Of a DNA stretch of 54,363 nt, positions 19,661-28,526 are shown piece by piece. The DNA is taken from the IMG/VR virus record IMGVR_UViG_3300027784_000007, positions 1 to 54,363 of that record; one strand, written 5' to 3'. Position 1 is the stretch's first letter, and every line of letters begins with the position of its first letter. The notes under the pieces were generated by a model. It was not told the DNA's origin and made no database searches. It saw only the letters and a program-made list of their open reading frames with translations. This DNA is from a virus. Its lineage: Duplodnaviria; Caudoviricetes. The translations under genes were made by a program, and so were the position numbers.

Positions 19661-19688
19661 GGCGGATTCCTCCAGCCGGCCCTGAACG

Positions 19689-19726
19689 CCCGGCCCATGA
19701 GCCAGCAGCGTCCCCGGAAGGGTAGC
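19689..19726 (-). promoter_or_regulatory. Late promoter plus conserved leader, copy 3
   Basis: GCTACCCT...GCTGGCTCATGGGCCGGG upstream of the protease gene. Confidence 0.6.
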
Positions 19727-19815
19727 GGCAGGCCGGTCCCAGCCCCAGGGACCAGGCCCGTACAGCCCGGCTGCACCCGGCGTGGTACGGTGGAAGCCCA
19801 GATAGGAGGACCACG

Positions 19816-19956
19816 ATGAGCAAGTTCGCGTATGAACCAGGCGAGCTCGAGGTCGTCATGCCAGACGGGACCAGGAAGCCCCTAGCCGATGGCGTCTTCG
19901 ACGACGTCGCGGGCGAACCCGATGATGCGGACGACGGTGGTCTCGGCGGTCTGTGA
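19816..19956 (+). CDS. Small acidic protein antisense to the ADP-ribosyltransferase end (candidate immunity peptide)
   Basis: TGG-TACGGT -10 at 19783-19791, AGGAGG RBS at 19804-19809; MSKFAYEPGELEVVMPDGTRKPLADGVFDDVAGEPDDADDGGLGGL. Confidence 0.6.
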   Translation: MSKFAYEPGELEVVMPDGTRKPLADGVFDDVAGEPDDADDGGLGGL

Positions 19957-21744
19957 CACGACCTCCATCTGCGCACCACGGGCAGCCATGAGCTCGAGCT
20001 CCCCAGGGAAGATGGTGTTCCGCTGGGCATTCATGTAGATGGCGGGCGTCCCCGGGGGCATCTCAATCTGCATCACCCGGCCGTTGTAGCCGAAGCTGTC
20101 GAATGCCTTCTGGCGGGACAGCGAGGTCGACAGGAACCCCTTGTCGCTGAGGACCGAACCCACCGGGGCGGAGGCCACCTGGCGGGCGTAGTTCTCGCCG
20201 ATGCCGCGGTAGGTGGTGAGCGGCTCCGACACGCGCGGCGCGGCCTCGACGGCCTCGTCGAGGTAGCGCACGGCCTTGCGGACCGTGTTGACGTCGGCGG
20301 ACTCGACGGGCGGGACGAGGCGGGAATCCAGCCGGTCGGGCTCGAACCGGAGCGCGCGGTTCATCTTGTCGTAGTCGCCGCCCTGGTACTTCTGGACGGC
20401 GCCGCGGGCGGCATCCTGCCGGTCCGCGGGCAGGTTGAGGTTCAGGTTCCCATCCGAGGCGCGGGTCGGGTCGTCGACGGCCCTCCAGAGGTCCTGCATC
20501 TCGACGTCGTCCTCCCAGCCGTCCATGAGGCGGTACTCGGGGTCGCCGGACAGGTCCAGGCCATCGTAGTGCTCGAGGCCGTCCTCGCGGAGCTCGTAGC
20601 GGCCCGCGCCGGTGTCCTCCACCTCGTCCTCGTCGGGCGGGGCGACCGGGTCGGGAACGGGAGCCTCGGGAGGGGACTCGTCGCGGCGTTCGCGCTCCTC
20701 GTCGATGAGGTCGTCCATCCGGCCGTAGAGCTCCTGGGCCTCATCGCATGACTCGGCGTACACCAGGGTGCAGCGGCAGTTGATGGTCTCCTCGGGCGGG
20801 CCCGAGGGGTCGCCAGGGAAGTCGACGGTGGCGCCACCGACCTCGAACCCCTTGCGCAGGGAGGCGCAGGACCCGTGGGCCTCGAGGTGCGAATCGCGGG
20901 TGCGGTCGTCGGCGGTCGCAATCCAGACCTTGTAGTTGGCCGAATCGCCCTCGTCGCGGGCGCCCTGCAGCGACCCGGCGTTGTAGGCGCCGGTCGTCTC
21001 GGTCCGGGCGATGCGTTCGGCCCGGACCTCCCAGGTGGACTCGACCCGGTCGATGTCGACCACCAGGGACGACCGCTCGTCCTGCAGGCGGGCCACGTCC
21101 GGGTCCAGCACCCGGCCCATGCGGACATCCTCGCGCTCCTTCGAGCCGACCGGCCCGTAGCCGTCGAGGATGCCGTCGAGCCGTTCGGTGACCTCCGACA
21201 GCCGGTCGCGGGACAGCGAGGCGTCCTGGTCCCACGAGAAATCCTGCGCGATGCGGCGGCCGATGGTGTCGATGGACGACCCCCGGGCCATCTCGTCAGC
21301 GAGCCCCACCCGGGCGATGTCCATGGCCTGGTCAGGGATGGTCGGGGTCGCGGTGCGGGACAGCCGGTCGGACACCCGGGCCAGGTACTCGCCCGAGGCC
21401 TGCATCGACGAATCCAGCAGGACCCCGTCGCGGGTTTCCATGTAGCCGGCGCGCCAGAGCGAACCCACCGCGGAGGTGACGTGGTCGTCGAGCTCGGCTT
21501 CCCACCAGCCGCGAATCTCGCCGAGGCGGCCCATCCACCGGTAGGGCGAATCGTCGAACGGGTTGCCGGCGGCGGCAGCGAGGGAGGCGGTGCGGACCGA
21601 ATCGTCCCACGCGGCGACGATGCGGCGCAGCAGGCCACGGATGGCGGCGCCGACGGCGGCCTCCATGCGCTCCTCGGCCTCGAGCAGCATGCGCTCGCGG
21701 CGGAGGCGGAGCTCCTCGACGTTGTCTGGCTGGATGAGGGTCAC
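19882..21744 (-). CDS. MuF-like minor head protein fused to a VIP2-like ADP-ribosyltransferase
   Basis: MuF motifs RIARTET, KVWIATADDRTRDSH, INCRC; ART R-S-E motifs TYRG, FLSTS, ELE. Confidence 0.88.
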   Translation of the reverse strand: MTLIQPDNVEELRLRRERMLLEAEERMEAAVGAAIRGLLRRIVAAWDDSVRTASLAAAAGNPFDDSPYRWMGRLGEIRGWWEAELDDHVTSAVGSLWRAGYMETRDGVLLDSSMQASGEYLARVSDRLSRTATPTIPDQAMDIARVGLADEMARGSSIDTIGRRIAQDFSWDQDASLSRDRLSEVTERLDGILDGYGPVGSKEREDVRMGRVLDPDVARLQDERSSLVVDIDRVESTWEVRAERIARTETTGAYNAGSLQGARDEGDSANYKVWIATADDRTRDSHLEAHGSCASLRKGFEVGGATVDFPGDPSGPPEETINCRCTLVYAESCDEAQELYGRMDDLIDEERERRDESPPEAPVPDPVAPPDEDEVEDTGAGRYELREDGLEHYDGLDLSGDPEYRLMDGWEDDVEMQDLWRAVDDPTRASDGNLNLNLPADRQDAARGAVQKYQGGDYDKMNRALRFEPDRLDSRLVPPVESADVNTVRKAVRYLDEAVEAAPRVSEPLTTYRGIGENYARQVASAPVGSVLSDKGFLSTSLSRQKAFDSFGYNGRVMQIEMPPGTPAIYMNAQRNTIFPGELELMAARGAQMEVVSQTAETTVVRIIGFARDVVEDAIG

Positions 21745-21950
21745 GGCCGGTCCTCCGGCGGCCAGTCGCCGTTGACGGCCCGCCCTGGGGCGGTGGCGCC
21801 GTTCAGTCGGTCAAGCGCCGCGCAGAGCCGCTCAGCCTGGGGAGCGCCGGCATCGGCGAGGTCGGCGGCCACGAGCTGGACCTCGCCGGTGAACTCGACG
21901 ACGGCATCGATGAGCCGAGGGTCGACGTGCAGCACGGGCATGGCGACCAC
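21741..21950 (-). CDS. Hypothetical protein
   Basis: 69 aa filling the gap, GTGA overlap. Confidence 0.45.
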   Translation of the reverse strand: MVAMPVLHVDPRLIDAVVEFTGEVQLVAADLADAGAPQAERLCAALDRLNGATAPGRAVNGDWPPEDRP

Positions 21951-21961
21951 GACGGCTCCAG

Positions 21962-22360
21962 TCAGGCAGGGACGTTCAGGTAGGCGGTGAGGCGGTAGCG
22001 GAGGTCGCGGACGCTGTGGCCCACCATGGTGGCGACCAGGTCACGGACGTAGCGGTCGAGGACCTTGGCGACCTCGTCGGCCTGGACGTTGCAGCAGCCA
22101 TGCTCTTCGCAGACGAGCGGGAGCGCATCCCAGGCGCCGTCGAGGCCTTTCTCGATGACCATCGGGTCGGCCTGCCAGAGCAGGTGAGCCTCATGGCGGG
22201 GACGGCCGTTGAGGCGACCGAACCGGGAACGCTCCACGCGCAGGATGTGGTTGCCGACACGCTCGAGGGCGCGCATCACGAGCACGTCGCAGGCGGCGAC
22301 GAGGGGCAGGTGGGCGTCGACGTTCGGTCCGCCGCAGCAGGGGCAGGACGGCTCAGGCAC
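21962..22360 (-). CDS. Hypothetical protein following portal
   Basis: GTG 22360 with AAGGAG RBS; AACDVLVMRALERVG. Confidence 0.6.
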   Translation of the reverse strand: MPEPSCPCCGGPNVDAHLPLVAACDVLVMRALERVGNHILRVERSRFGRLNGRPRHEAHLLWQADPMVIEKGLDGAWDALPLVCEEHGCCNVQADEVAKVLDRYVRDLVATMVGHSVRDLRYRLTAYLNVPA

Positions 22361-23942
22361 CGGGCGCTCCTTCTGGGACGACCCCGCGGGTGTCGGGCAG
22401 CCCGTTGCCGGACGGGTCAGCGGGGGCGGCGGGGACCTCGACCTCGGCAGGGTCGAGCGTGCCGGACAGCAGCTGCTCGAACACGCCGAGCAGGACCGAC
22501 ACGATGGCGGGGTTCTCGGCCACGACCTGCGGGGCGTTCCGGGCGATGGTGAGGACGGCTTCCACGGCGGCGCTGTTGGCCTGGTCGGGGGCGTCCTCCT
22601 CGCCGAACCCGGTCTCGCGGCGCAGCGCGTCGTCGGACAGGGCGCCACGCTCGTGCAGCGACAGGGCCTCCCCCGACCGGTTGGGGCGCATGGTGAGCTC
22701 CACCGTGTCGAACCAGACGACGAACCGCTCGGGGTTGTCGACCCCGGCCTCCTTCAGCGCCGGCCAGAGGTACTGCGTGGTCAGCGCATCGCAGAGCAGC
22801 GCGAGCCCCGGCTCGATGTGGGTCTTGGTGGTGGCCTCGTCGATTTGCCAGGCCGACCAGTGGTTCGTCCCTCCGAGGCCGAGCAGCACCTCGGCAGGGG
22901 CGTCGAGCCCCAGCGCCAGCCGGCGGATGGCCTCGTCGCGGAGGTCCTTCGCGGACTCGTCGAACGGGGTGTCGAACCGGATGTGCTGGACCTTGTCGAC
23001 GACCTCGTCGGGGACCTTGATGGTCAGCGGGACGATGGCCGCAGCCGAATCGCGGTTCTCGAGGGGCTGCACCATGGCCTCGAGCAGGGCGTCCACGAAA
23101 TCGGACACGGGCTGCTCGGCGGCGGTCTCCGGGTCGAGGGGGGCGCCAGCGACCTCGACGGACTGCGGGAGCACGAGCAGCCCGGCGCCGGCCAGACGCG
23201 AATCGATGGTCGCGCTGACGTGCTTGGTGAGGCCGACGAGCTCGCGCAGGACCGGCAGGTTGGACCGGACAGGCGAATCGGCCTGCCACCATTGGCGAGG
23301 ATGCGAGCGCCACACGCGGATGACCAGGCACTCGTCCTCGGGGAGCTCGATGGGGGAGCCATCGCCCACGTTGAGGACGACGCGGTCCTGGCGGAGCTGC
23401 ACCTCGGACACCGACATGACCTGCCAGGTGAGGTCCTCGAGGGAGGGCCCACCGGTGACGGGCAGCGCCAGCTCGGGCGGCAGCTCCGAGGGGCCCTCGT
23501 CGTGCAGGACCCCGGGCGGCAGACCGACCAGGTAGCAGTCTCCAGGCATGAACAGGTTCAGGAACGCCCGCCGGATGAGCTCCGACCGCCCCAGGGCGTT
23601 GCGGCCGAGCGCCGACACGATGCGCGAGGCCTCGAGCGCGTCCGCGTCGGGACGGTCGTCCTCGTCGTCGGGGTCGATGGGCGACGGCTCGGCATCGCCA
23701 GGCATGACCATCGCGCCGAACAGGCGAGCGCGGGACGCTGCGGCCGCGAGGCTGTTCGCCACGAACCGGAGCTCGCCCACCTCGTCGTGCATCGCCCAGG
23801 CCTCGTCCTGCCATCGGGACGCCCAGGTGCGCTTCATCTCGCGGGAGCTGATGCGCTTCGCCGAGGCCACCATCGACGCCAGCGGGGTCACGGACTGCGG
23901 CGCAGCTCGAGGGGGGCGGGCGGGCAGGTGCGTGTCAGCCAT
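22353..23942 (-). CDS. Portal protein
   Basis: 529 aa; WQDEAW..VGELRF, RVWRSHP, SRLAGAGLL, LALGLDAPAEVLLG, NHWSAWQI motifs of cluster-B-type portals. Confidence 0.88.
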   Translation of the reverse strand: MADTHLPARPPRAAPQSVTPLASMVASAKRISSREMKRTWASRWQDEAWAMHDEVGELRFVANSLAAAASRARLFGAMVMPGDAEPSPIDPDDEDDRPDADALEASRIVSALGRNALGRSELIRRAFLNLFMPGDCYLVGLPPGVLHDEGPSELPPELALPVTGGPSLEDLTWQVMSVSEVQLRQDRVVLNVGDGSPIELPEDECLVIRVWRSHPRQWWQADSPVRSNLPVLRELVGLTKHVSATIDSRLAGAGLLVLPQSVEVAGAPLDPETAAEQPVSDFVDALLEAMVQPLENRDSAAAIVPLTIKVPDEVVDKVQHIRFDTPFDESAKDLRDEAIRRLALGLDAPAEVLLGLGGTNHWSAWQIDEATTKTHIEPGLALLCDALTTQYLWPALKEAGVDNPERFVVWFDTVELTMRPNRSGEALSLHERGALSDDALRRETGFGEEDAPDQANSAAVEAVLTIARNAPQVVAENPAIVSVLLGVFEQLLSGTLDPAEVEVPAAPADPSGNGLPDTRGVVPEGAPGA

Positions 23943-24264
23943 CGTCGTCTCCGAGGTCGAGCAGGCGGGCGAGGTGGCCGGCCAGGTAGTTCAGGGCGAA
24001 CGGCGCAGCGGCGAGCTGCCACCAGGCGGTGGGCACGAGCGCCCACGACCCGACGACCCCCACGGCAATCCACCAGCCGATGCAGAAGGGGCAGCCGAGC
24101 AGCCCCTCCGCGAACCGGCCGCCACGCTCGGGGCCTCCGACGGCCACGGCGAGGGCGGCGACGGGGCGGCGCACGAGCCAGCCGGCGTCGTCCACGACCA
24201 CCAGACGGGTCAGCCGGGCGGCCAGCCCGACCATGAGCGCGATGTCCAGCAGCGACGGTTCCAT
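23935..24264 (-). CDS. DUF1360-like membrane protein
   Basis: RLTRLVVVDD...LLGCPFCIGWW; hydrophobic segments. Confidence 0.7.
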   Translation of the reverse strand: MEPSLLDIALMVGLAARLTRLVVVDDAGWLVRRPVAALAVAVGGPERGGRFAEGLLGCPFCIGWWIAVGVVGSWALVPTAWWQLAAAPFALNYLAGHLARLLDLGDDDG

Positions 24265-24388
24265 GCGGGGCAGTCTACGCATCGGCCCCGGACACGCGTC
24301 GACCCCCGCACCAGGCGAGGGTCAACCGCGGACTCGCGTCCTCCCACGAACCCTGCGACCGTAGCAGCCGGCCGGAGGGGTTCGCAGG

Positions 24389-24574
24389 TCACAGGGGGCG
24401 GATGGACTCGAACGGCTCCCAGCGGCCCTCGACGAGGTCGTAGCAGGTCTGCATGCGGAGCTGGCGACCGTTGCGGTCGGCCACGACCACGGGCTCGGAC
24501 ACCCGGAACGTGGGGTCGGCGGTGGCGACGGACTCGGCGGGGAAGGGGGGCACGGCGGGCTCCTCGGCGCTCAC
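24389..24574 (-). CDS. Hypothetical protein
   Basis: GTGA overlap with upstream gene, 61 aa. Confidence 0.45.
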   Translation of the reverse strand: MSAEEPAVPPFPAESVATADPTFRVSEPVVVADRNGRQLRMQTCYDLVEGRWEPFESIRPL

Positions 24575-24801
24575 GCGCGGTAGATGCTGGCGGCGGAGGC
24601 CATCGACCAGCGGACGGTCTCGCCGAGGTGGTTGACGCCCATGAACGTCATCCGGCCGACGCGGTGGCCGTCGAGGACGGACTCGACCTTGACGGTGCCG
24701 AGCTCGTTGCCGGGGCGGCCCGGGAGGCGGACCACGTCGCCGGCATCGATGTGCATCGCGGCGACGACCTGGGCGGTGGCGGTGTTGATGCTGATGGCCA
24801 T
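24571..24801 (-). CDS. Hypothetical accessory protein
   Basis: MAISINTATAQ, behind repeat promoter copy 2. Confidence 0.6.
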   Translation of the reverse strand: MAISINTATAQVVAAMHIDAGDVVRLPGRPGNELGTVKVESVLDGHRVGRMTFMGVNHLGETVRWSMASAASIYRA

Positions 24802-24814
24802 CTCGAGCTCCGTT

Positions 24815-24877
24815 CCGGTTGGTGTAGTGCAACCGTACCATAGAACAGCCCCACCGGTCAAGGGGGGCTGCACTATT
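24815..24877 (-). promoter_or_regulatory. Repeat promoter element copy 2
   Basis: AGTGCAG..TTGACC..TGGTACGGTTGCACTACACCAACCGG. Confidence 0.8.
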
Positions 24878-24883
24878 CGTGGC

Positions 24884-25117
24884 TCAGCGGGGAGCCCGGT
24901 CGACGTCGAAGATGTCGTTGACGAACACCTTCTGCTGCGAGCCGTCGGCCAGCTCGAGGGTTGCGAACGTCGCGTCGACGTTCTGCAGCCGACCCTGGAA
25001 CCAGGGCTCGCGGTAGGTCCCGAACGCGAGGCCCAGGCCGGCCGTCGCGGGGCTCAAGCGGACCTCGGACCCCAGCAGGTTGTAGAGCTTCTCGCGGGTG
25101 GTGGTGGTGGCGGCCAT
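24884..25117 (-). CDS. Hypothetical accessory protein (Sm/SH3-like beta pattern)
   Basis: 77 aa behind copy 3. Confidence 0.6.
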   Translation of the reverse strand: MAATTTTREKLYNLLGSEVRLSPATAGLGLAFGTYREPWFQGRLQNVDATFATLELADGSQQKVFVNDIFDVDRAPR

Positions 25118-25129
25118 CGTGGTCCCTCT

Positions 25130-25192
25130 CGGTTGGTGTAGTCACACCTTACCATGCCGACCGGCGCGCGGTCAAGCGCCGCTGCACTATTC
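25130..25192 (-). promoter_or_regulatory. Repeat promoter element copy 3
   Basis: TTGACC..TGGTAAGGTGTGACTACACCAACCG. Confidence 0.8.
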
Positions 25193-25414
25193 GTTGGCCC
25201 AATCGTCGAGGGCGGACACGAGCACGGACCAGTCGCCATCCGGCGCGAACCCCTCCCGGCTCCTGGCCTCGGTCGTCCACCGGTCAGCGACCGCGAGCAC
25301 GTCGCCGGGCTCGAGCTGCCCTTCCCGAGCGAGGACCACGCCGAACAGGTCCTCCTGCGCGCAGAGCAGACGGTCGACGAACGGCAGCGGCCAGCCCCGG
25401 CGGCGGCGCCTCAT
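25187..25414 (-). CDS. Hypothetical protein
   Basis: ATGA overlap with terminase; TAG stop lies inside repeat copy 3. Confidence 0.5.
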   Translation of the reverse strand: MRRRRRGWPLPFVDRLLCAQEDLFGVVLAREGQLEPGDVLAVADRWTTEARSREGFAPDGDWSVLVSALDDWANE

Positions 25415-27048
25415 GCGCGGCGGATGCTGCGCTTCGTCGTCGGCAGCGTGGCAGGGCCAGAACCGGACCGGGACCCGGTGGGCAGCCCCACCTGGGCCTG
25501 CGAACGGCGGAGGCGGTCCTGGGCCTGCGTGAACGCGTCGACCTGGTCATCGTTGGCGCCGTTCGGGAACTCGGCGCATTCCTGCACGAACTCGCGAACC
25601 CACTCGGCGTCCTCGGGCGAGGGCAGCCAGACGGACCCGGCCTCGAGGTCGCCCTGGACGGCCCAGGCGCGGGCCTCCTTCGAACCCTTCGGGGTGACAG
25701 GCACGAGCCCGGACAGCTCGCGGCGGAGCTCGCTGAGGATGGCGGGACCGTTGGCGGCATCCTCGACCCATGTGACCTCGGTCGCCGGCCACCGGTTGCG
25801 GAGCTGCCGCATCGCGCGTTTCGTCGCCGCGAAGTCCATCCGCTCGCGGACCTGCTCGAGCAGGAACCGGTCCCCGATGCCGAGGACACCCCAGACCTGG
25901 CCGACGACGTAGTCGGACGACCGCTTGTCCTTGAACGCCATGTCCCACGATTGGACGATGCGCAGCGAGCCCACCTCGACGCGGGAGCCGTCGGGGCGGA
26001 CCAGGTGCTCGCCGGACCGGTGGTAGTACTGCCACCAGGCGCGCTTCAGGATGGTGCCCTCGGGCTCCGAGGGGCGCTGCTGGAACATGCCGTTCCAGAC
26101 GTAGGGCCCGACGGCCTTGCGGATGCGCTCCCACCGGACCCCGGCGCCGTCCTCGTCCTCGGTCGATGAGGCGAGCAGCAGGGGAGCGCCCTCGGGGCGG
26201 CCCAGCGCGTCAGGTTCGACCCGTTTCGCGTCGACGGGGTCGGGGCCCTCGCCCAGGGCGGGGATGCGGAGCACGGTCCAGTCGCCGGGGTCGCCCTCGT
26301 GCTCCGAGGACGTGAGCCGGCCCGACAGGTCGTCCTCGTGCCACCGGGTCATCACGACGATGACGGCGGCGCCGGGCTCGAGGCGGGTCTGGGCGGTGGA
26401 CAGCCACCAGTTCCAGTGAGCGGCCCGAACCTTCATGCTGTGAGCGGCGGCGAAGTCCTTGAGCGGGTCGTCGATGACGAACAGGTGCCCACCGCGGCCC
26501 GTGATGGAACCCCCGATGCCGCGGGACAGCATCCCGCCCCCGAGGGTCGTCTCCCACTCGCCGGCAGCGGCCACGTCGCGGGCGAGGCGGACCTGCAGCT
26601 CGGGCTCGTGCCGGCGGAGCAGGTCACGGACCTTGCGGCCCCAGGACACGGCGTAGTTCGCCTCGTGCGAGGCCAGGATGACGTTCCGGTCGGGGTAGCG
26701 CTCGAGGAACCAGGCAGGGGTCCAGAGCGACGAGGTCCAGCTCTTGCCGACACGCGGAGGCATGTTCACGATGAGCCGGCCAGGGCCCGAGCCGTCCATC
26801 GCCTCCTCGACGGTGCGGCTCACGGCGTCGGACAGCACGGCGACGTGGGGGCGACGCCGGTAGCCAGGGTCAAGGGCCTGCGCGAACTCGGCCGGCCCCT
26901 CGGCGGCGATGTCGCGGCGGGTGCCGTCCGCCCGGGGGAGCATCTCCTCGAGGGCGCGCACCTCGTCGGCGGTGAGGGACTCGACGAGGTCCTCGACCTG
27001 CGAGCGCGACAGGCCAGCGACGAGCTCGCGCAGGCTGGTGGTGTCCAT
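25411..27048 (-). CDS. Terminase large subunit
   Basis: Walker A MPPRVGKS, Walker B FVIDDP, MTRWHEDDL, nuclease SWDMAF and DDQVDA. Confidence 0.95.
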   Translation of the reverse strand: MDTTSLRELVAGLSRSQVEDLVESLTADEVRALEEMLPRADGTRRDIAAEGPAEFAQALDPGYRRRPHVAVLSDAVSRTVEEAMDGSGPGRLIVNMPPRVGKSWTSSLWTPAWFLERYPDRNVILASHEANYAVSWGRKVRDLLRRHEPELQVRLARDVAAAGEWETTLGGGMLSRGIGGSITGRGGHLFVIDDPLKDFAAAHSMKVRAAHWNWWLSTAQTRLEPGAAVIVVMTRWHEDDLSGRLTSSEHEGDPGDWTVLRIPALGEGPDPVDAKRVEPDALGRPEGAPLLLASSTEDEDGAGVRWERIRKAVGPYVWNGMFQQRPSEPEGTILKRAWWQYYHRSGEHLVRPDGSRVEVGSLRIVQSWDMAFKDKRSSDYVVGQVWGVLGIGDRFLLEQVRERMDFAATKRAMRQLRNRWPATEVTWVEDAANGPAILSELRRELSGLVPVTPKGSKEARAWAVQGDLEAGSVWLPSPEDAEWVREFVQECAEFPNGANDDQVDAFTQAQDRLRRSQAQVGLPTGSRSGSGPATLPTTKRSIRRA

Positions 27049-27107
27049 GCGGGGAGCCTACGCGACGGGCCCCCGCGCGGAGCGGGGGCCCGAGGGAGCG
27101 GCGGCGG

Positions 27108-27320
27108 TCACTCGCCCATGTCGTCCAACCAGGCGTCGGGGGCCTCGTCGGTGACCGGGGTCATGCCGACCACGAACGTCCCGAACGGGGTGACCTTGCG
27201 GTCCACGACGACGGGCTGGTCGGGGCCGAACGTGTCGCGCATGGCGCTCATCCAGCCGGGGACGACGGTCTGCATCGCGCAGACCTGGCCGACGGTGCTG
27301 GTGCTGGTGACGGTGTCCAT
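27108..27320 (-). CDS. Hypothetical accessory protein
   Basis: 70 aa behind copy 4, GGGAGG RBS. Confidence 0.6.
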   Translation of the reverse strand: MDTVTSTSTVGQVCAMQTVVPGWMSAMRDTFGPDQPVVVDRKVTPFGTFVVGMTPVTDEAPDAWLDDMGE

Positions 27321-27334
27321 GGGGTCCCTCCCGG

Positions 27335-27398
27335 GGTTTCGGTGTAGTGCAACCGTACCATCCGGGCGGGCGAGCAGTCAAGCGGTTCTGCACTAATC
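27335..27398 (-). promoter_or_regulatory. Repeat promoter element copy 4
   Basis: TTGACT..TGGTACGGTTGCACTACACCGAAACC. Confidence 0.8.
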
Positions 27399-27563
27399 TT
27401 CGGACTGGAATCCGACCACCAGGGCGACCGGGGGCCGGCGGACGGCCACGACCACGGCGTCGCGGTGCGCGTCGACGTACCTGCGGGCAGCTTCCTCGCC
27501 CGAGGCGCCCTGCCAGGACACGACCCGGCCGTCCTCGAGGCGGAGCTCCCACCGGCCGGTCAC
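27393..27563 (-). CDS. Hypothetical protein
   Basis: GTG 27563; stop inside copy 4. Confidence 0.5.
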   Translation of the reverse strand: MTGRWELRLEDGRVVSWQGASGEEAARRYVDAHRDAVVVAVRRPPVALVVGFQSED

Positions 27564-27850
27564 GACCGTGCCTCGAGCTCGGCGCGCAGGGCGCGGACCA
27601 CGGGCCCGTCCTCGAGCAGCCCGGCCGGGACCAGGTAGATGCCAGGCCCGGCGTCCATGGCGAGGTGGCCGTCGGCGATGAGCTCCTCGAGCTCGTCGTT
27701 GCGGACCACGAGCTCGCCCGAGCGTCCGAGGGCGCCAGGGGTCCGGCCGATGAACACGGACAGGCTGGTGTGCCCTGACGTGCGGTCGTCGACGCGGAGG
27801 CGGATGCGGACAGGGCCGGGCTCGGGGCGAGGGGGGCGGGCGGGGCTCAT
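27560..27850 (-). CDS. Hypothetical protein
   Basis: 96 aa, AAGGAGG RBS. Confidence 0.55.
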   Translation of the reverse strand: MSPARPPRPEPGPVRIRLRVDDRTSGHTSLSVFIGRTPGALGRSGELVVRNDELEELIADGHLAMDAGPGIYLVPAGLLEDGPVVRALRAELEARS

Positions 27851-28107
27851 GCGGTCCTCCTTCGGCGGCGGTCGCCGCGGAGGCGGCGCCGGTCATCTTC
27901 GGTGAGGCCTCCACGGATACCACCGGCCCGAGGGTCGGCCAGGGCGTCCTCGGTGCATTCGGCCAGGACGGGGCAGACGGCGCAGACGGCCTTCGCTTCG
28001 TTGGCGAGGTCCTGCTCGGCGATGGGGTGCGCGAACCAGGGGTCGTAGTCCGCGCGGACCATGTGCCGGCAGGCCGCCTTCGCGGCCCAGGCGGCGACCC
28101 GGCTCAT
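27847..28107 (-). CDS. whiB: WhiB-family transcription factor
   Basis: W...AAC...AKAVCAVCPVLAEC...GIRGGLTEDDR with four Cys and a basic tail. Confidence 0.9.
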   Translation of the reverse strand: MSRVAAWAAKAACRHMVRADYDPWFAHPIAEQDLANEAKAVCAVCPVLAECTEDALADPRAGGIRGGLTEDDRRRLRGDRRRRRTA

Positions 28108-28481
28108 GCCGGCACCTCGACGGGGGCGTCGAGCAGCGAAGCCCACCCGAACGCGTCGAGCTCGTCGGCGGTGGTGTGGACCTCGCCGTTCCACGGGGCG
28201 ACGACCTTGCCGACCCGGCCCAGCGTCGCGTGGATGAGGGCGACGGACTCCTCGGCGAGGCGGACGCTGTGGGCCTTCGCGGCGGCCCGGCGCTCGGGGG
28301 AGCCCGGGACCATCGCGTCAACCTCGGCGGAGCGGCGGCTGTCGAGCCGGCCGTAGCATCCGCGGCCGAGGCCGAGCGTGCCGACCGTGGCGTGCGGCCC
28401 GGTGTAGGTCGACGGCTCCCAGACGGACAGGATGACGGTCTGCGAGCCGATGAGGCGGCTGGCCTTGATGATGCGGTCCAT
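28104..28481 (-). CDS. Hypothetical protein
   Basis: 125 aa, CCGGGAGGACC RBS. Confidence 0.6.
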   Translation of the reverse strand: MDRIIKASRLIGSQTVILSVWEPSTYTGPHATVGTLGLGRGCYGRLDSRRSAEVDAMVPGSPERRAAAKAHSVRLAEESVALIHATLGRVGKVVAPWNGEVHTTADELDAFGWASLLDAPVEVPA

Positions 28482-28526
28482 GGGGGGTCCTCCCGGTAGT
28501 GGGGCCCGGCGCGGGCCCCGAGGCGT

